Source: a virus. From it: a stretch of 64,000 bases of DNA. The number at the start of each line of letters is the position of its first letter. Within the stretch, counting starts at the first letter, position 1. Below the pieces are notes generated by a model. The model made no database searches. It saw only the letters and a program-made list of their open reading frames with translations, and was not told the DNA's origin. Of the stretch, positions 1 to 9,298 are shown in pieces. The DNA is taken from the IMG/VR virus record IMGVR_UViG_3300020810_001160, positions 36,594 to 100,593 of that record. One strand, given 5' to 3'. The position numbers and the translations under genes are program-made.

Positions 1-29
1 GTGGATTGAAAGGAGATGGATTTATTTAA
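1..29 (+). CDS. 3' end of upstream gene (partial, ...GLKGDGFI*)
   Basis: Open frame ending in TAA at 27-29 that overlaps the next ATG (TAATG coupling, as elsewhere in the window). Confidence 0.5.
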
Positions 30-331
30 TGACAGTTTATAATTCATCAAGTCCGTATGCTTCTACACAAATAGTTGATGATCAATATCTTGATCTGTTA
101 ACGATCAGACCAATTCCAGCCAAACCAGATGACATACTTTATACAGTAGAACCTCAATACAATCACAGACCAGACTTGTTGGCTTATGATCTTTACGGCA
201 ATCAAAAATTATGGTGGGTATTTGCTCAACGCAACATGGACACTATTTCAGATCCTGTATATGATCTCGTATCGGGCGTAGAAATTTATCTTCCTCAAGG
301 ACCTGCTCTTAGAGAATTACTAGGAGTATAA
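29..331 (+). CDS. Baseplate wedge protein, T4 gp53/LysM (tail protein X)-like
   Basis: RPDLLAYDLYGNQKLWWVFAQRN motif typical of gp53/LysM-like wedge proteins; position before the hub and spike genes. Confidence 0.8.
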   Translation: MTVYNSSSPYASTQIVDDQYLDLLTIRPIPAKPDDILYTVEPQYNHRPDLLAYDLYGNQKLWWVFAQRNMDTISDPVYDLVSGVEIYLPQGPALRELLGV

Positions 332-332
332 A

Positions 333-2798
333 ATGAGTTATCGAAATAAGTTCGACAAAAAAATAAAATCAACAAAGATCAATGATGCTGTAAAGGTAAT
401 TGACGGGGGAAAGCAAAAAAATTCCGCATTATGGGGATCAGGTAATGGAACTGCTGGTTCTATAGGTGCAGAAACAGAATATTATGTAGATGATAATAAA
501 AAAACAACAGACACAGATAAAAAGAAAAAGCATACAATTACAAATTTATTCACAAGAAATTATGTAAGAAATCCTCTGCATGATTTTCAATCATACAATG
601 TAATTTTTACAGTGGCGGCACTAACTTTGGAAGAAGTTAATTTTCCAGATGTACTTTATAAAAGAGCTCCGTTATTTCCAGTGGCTCAATCAGCAGGTAA
701 AACCGGACCAGAAGTTACATTTTATAAAGACGCAGGATTAAATCTTGAATATTTTGTAGATGATGTTGAAATAAATGCAGTGGTAGGACCATCCAAAAAG
801 AACAAGCACACTCAATTTACAACAATGACATTTAACATCAAGGAACCTTTCAGTATAGGATTATTTTTCCAAACACTTAATATACAAGCCGTAAAAGCAT
901 CTGGCGATGCAGATGTGAATTATCTTAAAGCACCATATGGTCTAATTGTGGACTTTGTAGGTGTAGATGCTGAAGGAAAAAGTTTCAATAATGAAGAATT
1001 AAGAAAAGTTATACCTTTTTATTTTAAGTCAGCACAACTTCGAGCAGATACATCAGGAGCGATATATGAATGTTCTGCAGTACCAGTAACCGAGTATGGT
1101 CTTTTAACAGTTAACAACGCAATTAAACACGATATTACACTGTCTGGTAAAACTGTTTATGAAATGTTACAACAAGGTGATCAAAGTTTAATGGGACAAT
1201 TAAACTTTAAAGGAGAGACCGATAAAAAAGCCAAGAAAAAAACAAAAGTAACCACAGTGCCTACTGATGATTATATTGTGTATTTTCCAAACAATCTTTC
1301 TAGAACAATCACTGAACAACAACGTAAAGTGATTACAGAAGATAGAGCAGTGATCGTTGCCGACAACGCAGAGTACAGCTCGAAATTTGAAACAGAGAAA
1401 AGAGACACCGCAGTAGAAACACTTTTAGGTAACGACGTTATAGTTACTAATGAATTCAACGGCACAGGTGGTAAAGGAATAAGAGTTTTTCAAACAGTAG
1501 AAGAAGATGCTGATTCAGGAACAACGTTTTTAGGAAACGAAATTGGAGAAGCCAAAATGGCTATCGCTCCTGGTAATATGGCTATTATAGGAAAAACGTT
1601 TCCAGAATTTGAAGAAAAATATGACAAAAGGAAAAAAACTTTCACTAGAGACAAAATTACTCTTGATTTGAAAAAAATGACTTTAAGTTTTGCCAAAGGG
1701 TCTTATATCACAGACATAATAGAAACAGTGATCTTGTTGTCAGAATACAGTTTAAATTTAACTAAAAACCCAGATGAAATTAAAAATAAGCCCAAAGGTG
1801 GTCATCCTTGGTTTAGAATTGTAACAAAGTGCTTTGAATTAAAAGATTCATACATACAGTCCTTAATAAAACAAAATCCCAAAGTGGCTGTTTACAGTGT
1901 TGTACCATATATTGTACCAGATGAACTGTTTATTGATCCAGGCACTTATTCAGAAGGAACCACACAGATTAGAAATAATATCATCAAAGGTTACAATTAT
2001 CTATACACAGGGTTGAATGAAGACATACTAGATTTTAGACTGGATTATAATTTTGCTTTTTATAATTCTGTTGTGCCTAAAATGGATAAAAGTTCAAATA
2101 CTTCTGCGGCAGGTAAAGGAAAAACTGCTGAAAACAATGCCACAGTAGAGGTAGAAAAGAATTATGTAATAGAGCCCAGACCAAATGAATTAAAAGGAGG
2201 GGGAGGCAGTCTAACAAACAGACCAGAAGATGATATAATTGCCGGAGAAGAAGGATCAGAAAATGAATCAATTGAATTAAAAATTGCTAGATCCATGAAC
2301 AAAAGAATTATTAATTCAAATGTGGATTTATTAAATTTAGACATGACAATTATAGGTGATCCATATTTTTTACCCAGCAGTGGTATGATGAACACTGATG
2401 AACCTGTGAGAACATATGTGGATAGGAGAGGATTTCGCAATGCGGACGGTTCACTTACAGCATCAGGATCTGTGTATGGAAACGGTAGAGGTGAACTTAA
2501 TTATGTGGACAGAATGTGCTACATAGAAGTCAATTTTCAAACGCCAATTGATGTGCAAACAGGAGGCAATCATATGATATTTCCTACCACGGGCGGATAT
2601 GTTAACGGTATGAACGAATCTGTGCGTTTGGGAGAATTCAGTGGTTTGTATAGAGTACAAAAAATTGTGAATTCATTCAGACAAGGAAAATTTGAACAAA
2701 CACTCACAGTGATACGAAGTGGCAATATGTCAGTGGATGCTAAAGAAGGATCCAATGAAAATAAAAAAACTATCACTGAAACTGAAGGATCAAACTAA
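333..2798 (+). CDS. Baseplate hub protein (gp27/P2 gpD/VgrG-N-like)
   Basis: C-terminal MTIIGDPY...FSGLYRVQKIVNSFRQGKFEQTLTVIR pattern of hub proteins; directly upstream of the spike gene. Confidence 0.65.
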   Translation: MSYRNKFDKKIKSTKINDAVKVIDGGKQKNSALWGSGNGTAGSIGAETEYYVDDNKKTTDTDKKKKHTITNLFTRNYVRNPLHDFQSYNVIFTVAALTLEEVNFPDVLYKRAPLFPVAQSAGKTGPEVTFYKDAGLNLEYFVDDVEINAVVGPSKKNKHTQFTTMTFNIKEPFSIGLFFQTLNIQAVKASGDADVNYLKAPYGLIVDFVGVDAEGKSFNNEELRKVIPFYFKSAQLRADTSGAIYECSAVPVTEYGLLTVNNAIKHDITLSGKTVYEMLQQGDQSLMGQLNFKGETDKKAKKKTKVTTVPTDDYIVYFPNNLSRTITEQQRKVITEDRAVIVADNAEYSSKFETEKRDTAVETLLGNDVIVTNEFNGTGGKGIRVFQTVEEDADSGTTFLGNEIGEAKMAIAPGNMAIIGKTFPEFEEKYDKRKKTFTRDKITLDLKKMTLSFAKGSYITDIIETVILLSEYSLNLTKNPDEIKNKPKGGHPWFRIVTKCFELKDSYIQSLIKQNPKVAVYSVVPYIVPDELFIDPGTYSEGTTQIRNNIIKGYNYLYTGLNEDILDFRLDYNFAFYNSVVPKMDKSSNTSAAGKGKTAENNATVEVEKNYVIEPRPNELKGGGGSLTNRPEDDIIAGEEGSENESIELKIARSMNKRIINSNVDLLNLDMTIIGDPYFLPSSGMMNTDEPVRTYVDRRGFRNADGSLTASGSVYGNGRGELNYVDRMCYIEVNFQTPIDVQTGGNHMIFPTTGGYVNGMNESVRLGEFSGLYRVQKIVNSFRQGKFEQTLTVIRSGNMSVDAKEGSNENKKTITETEGSN

Positions 2799-4282
2799 TG
2801 GCAACACCGTCAAAAAGAAAATCATTTGCAGTAGATCCAAAGAAAGATAAAGGACCTTTTGAAGCCATTGTGAGGAATGTGTTGGATCCCAAATACAGCG
2901 GAGCAATTGAAGTTGAATTACTCAAAACACTGTCATCTGGCAATACCACAACCACAGGACAATTTGTCACTGCCAAATATTTAAATCCATTCTATGGCAC
3001 AACCTATGTGGGCGGCTTAACAAAAAACAAAGATCATAGAGACAGCCAACAGAGTTACGGTATGTGGTTTGTGCCACCCGATGTGGGCAACAGAGTACTG
3101 ATACAATTTATTGAAGGCAATATCAACAGAGCCTATTGGGTAGGATGTATTCCACAGGAACTGATGAATGTGATGATTCCAGGTTCTACACCTGCCATGA
3201 CCAACACTGACACAACAGATTCTGCACATCAAGAAGATCCTGCTGATGCAGATATCAGAGGCAAAAAAATGCCTGTGGGAGATCACAACAAATTAAAATT
3301 TTCCGACAAGCCAGTGGACAAACCATTACAGATCAAAAAGCCTATCAACAGATTATTCAAAGCAGTGTTAGAAACACAAGGCTTAATAGCAGATGAAACC
3401 AGAGGTTTAACCACATCAAGTGCTAGACGTGAAGTGCCTTCCAGTGTGTTTGGAATTAATACACCAGGACCAATAGACAAAGTATTCACACAAAATAAAG
3501 AAGTCGCCACAGCAAGATTGGGCGGAACATCATTTGTGATGGATGACGGTGATGATAAATTTATTAGAAAAACATCTGCAAAAACAGGACCTTTTGATTA
3601 TGTGAATGTTGAAACAACAGAAACAATCACCGAAGGCGAAAAGAATATTCCACACAATGAATTATTTAGAATACGTACTCGTACAGGACATCAAATACTG
3701 TTGCACAATTCAGAAGATCTTGTGTACATTGCCAACGCCAATGGTACAGCATGGATTGAAATGACTGCCAACGGCAAGATAGATTTCTTTGCCCAAGACA
3801 GTGTGAGCATTCACTCTCAAACAGATTTTAATTTCAAAGCAGACAGAGATGTGAATGTGGAGGCAGGACGCAGTATAAATCTTAAAGCAAGAAGCAGTAT
3901 CACAGAAGAATCTCTAGGCAGTCACACAGTGACAGTGGGAACCAATCAAACAATCACAGTTGCTAATTTACAAACTGTGTCGGTGGGAACAACCAATCAT
4001 TATGCCACAGGAAATATCAATCAGGATACTGGTGGAGTGATAAATCTAAACAATGGCTTTGCTGTTGAAACTCCTCCTACACCTTTGAGTACTCATGAAA
4101 ATCCAGGTGAGAGTTACGGTAATATCATGAAGAGGGTGCCTCAGCACGAACCATGGAGTCATCATGAAAATTATGATCCACAAGCAGTTTCTACGGCAAA
4201 AACAGATAGAACCACAATTGAACAAGTGTCTGTGAAAGAACCAAACAATATTCCTGACACATTTAAAAATGCGAGAACATAG
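2798..4282 (+). CDS. Baseplate central spike, gp5/VgrG-like (OB-fold + beta-helix), no lysozyme domain seen
   Basis: YGMWFVPPDVGNRVLIQFIEGNINRAYWVG OB-fold signature; RTRTGHQILL and Val/Thr/Gly beta-helix repeats (SHTVTVGTNQTITVANLQTVSVG). Confidence 0.85.
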   Translation: MATPSKRKSFAVDPKKDKGPFEAIVRNVLDPKYSGAIEVELLKTLSSGNTTTTGQFVTAKYLNPFYGTTYVGGLTKNKDHRDSQQSYGMWFVPPDVGNRVLIQFIEGNINRAYWVGCIPQELMNVMIPGSTPAMTNTDTTDSAHQEDPADADIRGKKMPVGDHNKLKFSDKPVDKPLQIKKPINRLFKAVLETQGLIADETRGLTTSSARREVPSSVFGINTPGPIDKVFTQNKEVATARLGGTSFVMDDGDDKFIRKTSAKTGPFDYVNVETTETITEGEKNIPHNELFRIRTRTGHQILLHNSEDLVYIANANGTAWIEMTANGKIDFFAQDSVSIHSQTDFNFKADRDVNVEAGRSINLKARSSITEESLGSHTVTVGTNQTITVANLQTVSVGTTNHYATGNINQDTGGVINLNNGFAVETPPTPLSTHENPGESYGNIMKRVPQHEPWSHHENYDPQAVSTAKTDRTTIEQVSVKEPNNIPDTFKNART

Positions 4283-4293
4283 AGGAGATTGAT

Positions 4294-5040
4294 ATGTCAT
4301 TTAGTATTCCATCATCTGTCACAGATAGTTTATCCGGTATGCAGGCATCTGCAGGTGATCTTACCAAAGTGGGAGGCGAAGCCTGTGATGTGATGGGCAC
4401 ACTGGGAGCCAGCGTTGGTGGAGACGCCATAGCCAAAGCCAGAGAAGCAGAACTTCAAATACAAGCCAACATTCCAAAACTCACTGCCAACGCAGGACTG
4501 ATGCAGACAGCGATTGCTGATTTAGGACCATTGTTAGAACAAGCAGATTCTTTAATTCCAACAGACTTTGGCGGTAATGCACTATCACCTCAGAACATAG
4601 ACGATGATCAGAGACAGATAATATCTGCGAATGCTCAAGCCATAAATGATGCCATGGCACAGTTTGGCAGTGTGGGAGCAAACATTTCAAGTTCGATGGC
4701 ATCATCAGTAACTGATATGTCGGCTTCTGTGGAAGCACTTAAACCTCAACTCAACGTTGCTGTGCAGACAATCTCAGCAGGAGGATGTAAAGGTGTAGAA
4801 AATCAATTGTCAGGCATAGCAGAAGGAGTGGCTCCACAACTGGACGCAATTAAAACTCAATTGGAGACAAAAACAATTCCCAGTCTAGAACCACAAGTGA
4901 ATGCACTATTAGATCAAGCCAAGGATACAGCCGCTCAGGCAGGCGCGGCATTTGAAGCCAATCAAGGAGCAATCACAGAAGCCGCAGATGCAATGAAGGC
5001 ATCAATCACTTCAGCATTACAAGGAGTACAATTACCATAA
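4294..5040 (+). CDS. Ala/Gln-rich amphipathic helical protein, unknown function
   Basis: 248 aa ORF with AGGAG RBS; no Trp, Tyr or His; repeated xxPQL helix-break motifs. Confidence 0.7.
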   Translation: MSFSIPSSVTDSLSGMQASAGDLTKVGGEACDVMGTLGASVGGDAIAKAREAELQIQANIPKLTANAGLMQTAIADLGPLLEQADSLIPTDFGGNALSPQNIDDDQRQIISANAQAINDAMAQFGSVGANISSSMASSVTDMSASVEALKPQLNVAVQTISAGGCKGVENQLSGIAEGVAPQLDAIKTQLETKTIPSLEPQVNALLDQAKDTAAQAGAAFEANQGAITEAADAMKASITSALQGVQLP

Positions 5041-5041
5041 C

Positions 5042-5365
5042 ATGGCAAGGGGAATAGCAAGAATTGGTGACAGAACAGATGGTACTTGTTATCATCCCAG
5101 TCATCTTGTGCCGCTAGCCACAGGAGGCACCATCATCACAGGATCCAGCAAAGTGGTGTGTGATGGCAATAGATTGGCGGCAACACTGGGAGATGAAGTG
5201 GAAACAGATTGTGGTCACATTGCTTATATTATTACAGCAACAGCCAAAGTGTTGATAGGACACAAGGCTCAATTTGTGGCAAGGCTGGGAGATCAGATTG
5301 ACGATGGCGCTCCCTACAAAGCCAAAATTGTCACGGCAAGCAATAAGACATTTCCACAAGGTTAA
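5042..5365 (+). CDS. PAAR-like spike tip protein (gp5.4-like)
   Basis: Three ARIGD/ATLGD/ARLGD repeats with Cys/His (CYH..H, DCGH) metal ligands. Confidence 0.85.
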   Translation: MARGIARIGDRTDGTCYHPSHLVPLATGGTIITGSSKVVCDGNRLAATLGDEVETDCGHIAYIITATAKVLIGHKAQFVARLGDQIDDGAPYKAKIVTASNKTFPQG

Positions 5366-5368
5366 ATA
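5363..5368 (+). promoter_or_regulatory. TAAATA late-promoter-like motif
   Basis: TAAATA 5 nt before the gp25 ATG; same motif recurs before many block-leading genes. Confidence 0.5.
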
Positions 5369-5373
5369 TCAAT

Positions 5374-5814
5374 ATGGCACATAAAAAATTATACAAAGAG
5401 ATCACAGTAGGACCGAGTATTAGTCCCAAACAACCACCTAGCCAAAGAATTTATAGAGGGATCAGCACAGTTAATCCAGACAACACAAATTTTGCTCTTA
5501 ACGATATTGGTTTAATCAAACAAGACTTATTAAATCATTTTCATATCAGTCAAGGCGAAAAGTTGGAGAATCCAGAGTTTGGCACAATCATTTGGGATTT
5601 GATACATGATCCTATGACACCAGACCTACAAGAAGCAATTAAACAAGATGTGGTGAAAATTATAGAAAATGATCCAAGAATTAGAGCTGATTCTGTGATT
5701 ATTACTCCATTTGAAGCAGGCATACAGATTGAAGTTGAATTAACATATGTCAAATATAATGTGTCTGAAAAATTAAGACTAACATTTGACGAGAATAATG
5801 GATTACTGAATTAA
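5374..5814 (+). CDS. Baseplate wedge subunit gp25-like
   Basis: LIKQDLLNHFHISQGEKLENPEFGTIIWDLI...IENDPRI gp25/GPW motif. Confidence 0.9.
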   Translation: MAHKKLYKEITVGPSISPKQPPSQRIYRGISTVNPDNTNFALNDIGLIKQDLLNHFHISQGEKLENPEFGTIIWDLIHDPMTPDLQEAIKQDVVKIIENDPRIRADSVIITPFEAGIQIEVELTYVKYNVSEKLRLTFDENNGLLN

Positions 5815-5836
5815 ATGCTCACATTATACAAACAAA

Positions 5837-5842
5837 TAAATA
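5837..5842 (+). promoter_or_regulatory. TAAATA late-promoter-like motif
   Basis: Intergenic AATAAATAAC upstream of the AAGGA RBS of the gp6-like gene. Confidence 0.5.
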
Positions 5843-5863
5843 ACACTATTAAAAAGGAAACCA

Positions 5864-8800
5864 ATGTCATCCACAGATAGACAAAATAGATTATTGTTAG
5901 CAGAAGACTGGAAAAGAGTTTATCAGTCATATAAAAATGCGGAATTCAAAAGTTACGACTTTGATACTATCCGTAGAACAATGATTCAATACATAAGACA
6001 GAACTATCCAGAAGATTTCAACGATTACATTGAATCATCAGAGTATCTAGCACTGATAGATTTGGTAGCGTTCCTAGGACAAAACTTGGCTTTCAGAACA
6101 GATTTAAATGCTAGAGAAAATTTTTTAGAAACTGCTGATAGACGTGATTCAATTTTAAGATTAGCAAGACTTATCAGTTACAATCCTACTAGAAATCAAT
6201 GTGCAAATGGTTTGATGAAAATCGTAGGAATAAGCACAACGGAAGATATTGTAGATAGCAATAATTTAAATTTAAGCAATCAAACAATCAGTTGGAACGA
6301 TGCAAGTAACCCAAATTGGTACGAACAATTTGTAAAAGTTTTAAATGCTTCACTTGCCGAAAATGAAAAATTTGGTAGCCCAGTTAAGTCATCAAACATA
6401 GATGCTATACCAACCAGTCAATACAGAGTCAATGCTAACAACACAGATGTTCCTGTTTACTCTTTTACAAAATCTGTAAACGGACAAAGTTTACCTTTTG
6501 AAATTGTTTCAACATCGTTTGACAACGGTGCTATCATGGAAGAGGCTCCGTTAGTAGGTAGACGTTTCAGTTTACTTCATAGAGACGATGGTAAAGGCAA
6601 TGCTTCAAACAATACAGGATTTTTTGTTCATTTTAGACAAGGTGTATTAGATCAAGGTAATTTTTCAGTTGATGTTCCAAGCAATAATCAATCAGTATCT
6701 ATTGAGGCTAGCAATATTAACAATACAGATGTTTGGTTATATCAATTAGATGTGGACACAGGATTAGAAGATACACTTTGGACAAAAGTTGATTCTGTTA
6801 CAGGTAATAATGTAATCTATAATTCAACAGCAAAAAGTGTTAAAAATATTTACACAGTATTGAGTGACACAGACGATTCAATCAGTTTAAAATTTGCTGA
6901 CGGTATATTTGGAAATCTTCCACAAGGAAATTTTAGAACTTACTACAGAAGAAGTAAAAATCAAAATGTTAGAATTGTGCCTGCAGATATGCAGAATGTT
7001 CAAATTGATGTTCAATATGTTTCTGCTAACAATCAAATTGAAGTTTTAACTTTAACAATGGGTCTTCAGTACACAGTGGACAATGCTACAACTTCTGAAA
7101 CAAACAACAACATTAGATTAAACGCTCCAGCAACTTATTACACACAAAATAGAATGATAACAGGAGAAGATTATAATGTTGCTCCGTTGGGAACTAATCA
7201 AGAAATTATAAAAGTAAAAGCAGTTAATAGAACTTCTAGCGGAATTTCAAGATATTATGATTTGATAGATTCAACAGGCAAGTACAGCAACACAAATATT
7301 TTTGGTGCTGATGGATCAATTTACAAAGAAGAAACAGAAAACTTAGATACATTTAGTTTTTCTACACAAACAGATATAGAAGGTGTTATTATTAATCAAT
7401 TGGAACCTTTGTTATCAAAAAATCAAACAAGAAATTATTACATTGAAAAATTCCCTAAAATATTTTTAAATGATTTGAATCCTGTATGGCAACAGGTTAC
7501 TAAATCAACCAATGAATCAACAGGAAAATTAATCGATGCTGTAAACGTTTTAGATTATCAAGTGGGAACATTCACAGCCAGTCAATTGAAATATGTTGAA
7601 CCAGGTGCTATGATTAAGTTTGTGGCTCCCGCAGGACAACATTTTATGGCTGATAATTCATTGATGACAGGTGTAGCGGATCATCCAGGCGCTAAAGATT
7701 ATATTTGGACATCAGTTGTTAGTGTGTTGAATGATGGTGTTGCTAATTCAAGCACAGGAGAAGGTGCTATAAAATTTAACGATGTTATTCCAACAGGTGC
7801 TATTGCTATACAGATATTACCAAAATTTGCAAAACAGTTCACTAACGATATCAAAACAATCATAATAGATCAAGCATTTGCTTATAATAATTTTGGAATA
7901 AGGTATGATGTTGCTAGTAGATCATGGCAAGTGATTGATGAAAATAATTTAGATGTTTACGGTACATTTAGTACAGGTAAAACAGGCGACACATCAAACC
8001 AACAGTTGGACAGCAGTTGGTTAATCAAATGTATTACAAATGGTGCAACATACACCATCACATACAGAGGATTAAGATATGTGTTTGAAAGTAAAAGAGA
8101 AGTAAGATTTTTCTATGATAGTGCTGACAGAAACTTTAATGCTCAAACAGGAGTTACATTACAAGATAAAGTTTCTGTGTTATCGATCAACACAAAACCT
8201 GATGTTGTAGCATCATTTACAAATGATATCAACTTTGCTGTATCAACAGAATACAGAACTTTGAGTGGATATGTAGACAGTTCTAAATTAGAATTAACAC
8301 AGTTTGATTCTGATCAAGATGGTATTGTTGATAATCCAGATGCATTTAACCTTGTTGTAGATCCAGCAACTAATTCTAGCACAAAATATGTTTTCCAAAA
8401 ACTTGTGAGTGAATCAGATGGAACACAAAGATATCAATATGTTAATGCTACAGATGAAAAAATTTATATTAGACAAACTTCAGTAGGTGCTATTGGAGAT
8501 TACACAAACGGATCGATTGTTTACCTGATTGACAGTGACAGTTTCAAACAAATAAACTCCACAACTAATACAACATCAAACATTACAAATTATGTGGCTC
8601 ACGTGGGTAGAGATAATATCAAATTCCAATATGTTCACACTGTGGATGGTAACACAAGATTGGATCCAAGTTCATCTAACATAATAGATATGTATGTTTT
8701 AACAAGAACATATGATATCAATTTTAGATTATGGTTAGCAGGTGTAACAACTACTAAACCTTTATTGCCTAGTAATGATTCGTTATACACAAATTATAAC

Positions 8801-9274
8801 ACACCATTAGCAAAAATTAAATCCATCAGTGATACAATAATATATCATCCTGTCAAATACAAAATATTATTTGGTACACAGGCAACCACTGATGTACAAG
8901 CAACATTCAAAATTGTAAAAAATTCTGATCAAGTTACGAACGATAGTGATATTAAAAGTAGGGTGATTCAAGCAATCAACGAATTTTTTGCTTTAGAAAA
9001 TTGGGATTTCGGTGATACATTTTATTTCACAGAATTAAGCACATACGTGATGAATGAACTAGCACCTGATATCACTACTTTTGTGGTTGTTCCGAAAGAA
9101 GGCACAAAAGCATTTGGCAGTCTTTTTGAAGTTAAATCAGAAAATGATGAAATTTTTATTAGTGGAGCCAAAGTATCTGATGTTGAAATTATTGATGCGG
9201 TGACTGCCTCTAAATTAAAAGCCGACGGTACTATTACCACAAGTTCAACCAGCACTAACACATTGAGCGAGTAG
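5864..9274 (+). CDS. Baseplate wedge subunit gp6-like (baseplate J-like)
   Basis: DFDTIR..YPEDFNDYIESSE..ENFLETA..SILRLARLISYNP N-terminus; FADGIFGNLP; QNRMITGEDY. Confidence 0.9.
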   Translation: MSSTDRQNRLLLAEDWKRVYQSYKNAEFKSYDFDTIRRTMIQYIRQNYPEDFNDYIESSEYLALIDLVAFLGQNLAFRTDLNARENFLETADRRDSILRLARLISYNPTRNQCANGLMKIVGISTTEDIVDSNNLNLSNQTISWNDASNPNWYEQFVKVLNASLAENEKFGSPVKSSNIDAIPTSQYRVNANNTDVPVYSFTKSVNGQSLPFEIVSTSFDNGAIMEEAPLVGRRFSLLHRDDGKGNASNNTGFFVHFRQGVLDQGNFSVDVPSNNQSVSIEASNINNTDVWLYQLDVDTGLEDTLWTKVDSVTGNNVIYNSTAKSVKNIYTVLSDTDDSISLKFADGIFGNLPQGNFRTYYRRSKNQNVRIVPADMQNVQIDVQYVSANNQIEVLTLTMGLQYTVDNATTSETNNNIRLNAPATYYTQNRMITGEDYNVAPLGTNQEIIKVKAVNRTSSGISRYYDLIDSTGKYSNTNIFGADGSIYKEETENLDTFSFSTQTDIEGVIINQLEPLLSKNQTRNYYIEKFPKIFLNDLNPVWQQVTKSTNESTGKLIDAVNVLDYQVGTFTASQLKYVEPGAMIKFVAPAGQHFMADNSLMTGVADHPGAKDYIWTSVVSVLNDGVANSSTGEGAIKFNDVIPTGAIAIQILPKFAKQFTNDIKTIIIDQAFAYNNFGIRYDVASRSWQVIDENNLDVYGTFSTGKTGDTSNQQLDSSWLIKCITNGATYTITYRGLRYVFESKREVRFFYDSADRNFNAQTGVTLQDKVSVLSINTKPDVVASFTNDINFAVSTEYRTLSGYVDSSKLELTQFDSDQDGIVDNPDAFNLVVDPATNSSTKYVFQKLVSESDGTQRYQYVNATDEKIYIRQTSVGAIGDYTNGSIVYLIDSDSFKQINSTTNTTSNITNYVAHVGRDNIKFQYVHTVDGNTRLDPSSSNIIDMYVLTRTYDINFRLWLAGVTTTKPLLPSNDSLYTNYNTPLAKIKSISDTIIYHPVKYKILFGTQATTDVQATFKIVKNSDQVTNDSDIKSRVIQAINEFFALENWDFGDTFYFTELSTYVMNELAPDITTFVVVPKEGTKAFGSLFEVKSENDEIFISGAKVSDVEIIDAVTASKLKADGTITTSSTSTNTLSE

Positions 9275-9298
9275 ATAGAATAGAGGAAATGAATATTA

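Noticed and set aside
29-9274. Bacterial T6SS or extracellular contractile injection system (VgrG, PAAR, gp25, baseplate J)
   Set aside because: No membrane-complex or ClpV genes; T4-like RNase H, late-type promoters, multiple fibres and phage-like gene density indicate a phage genome
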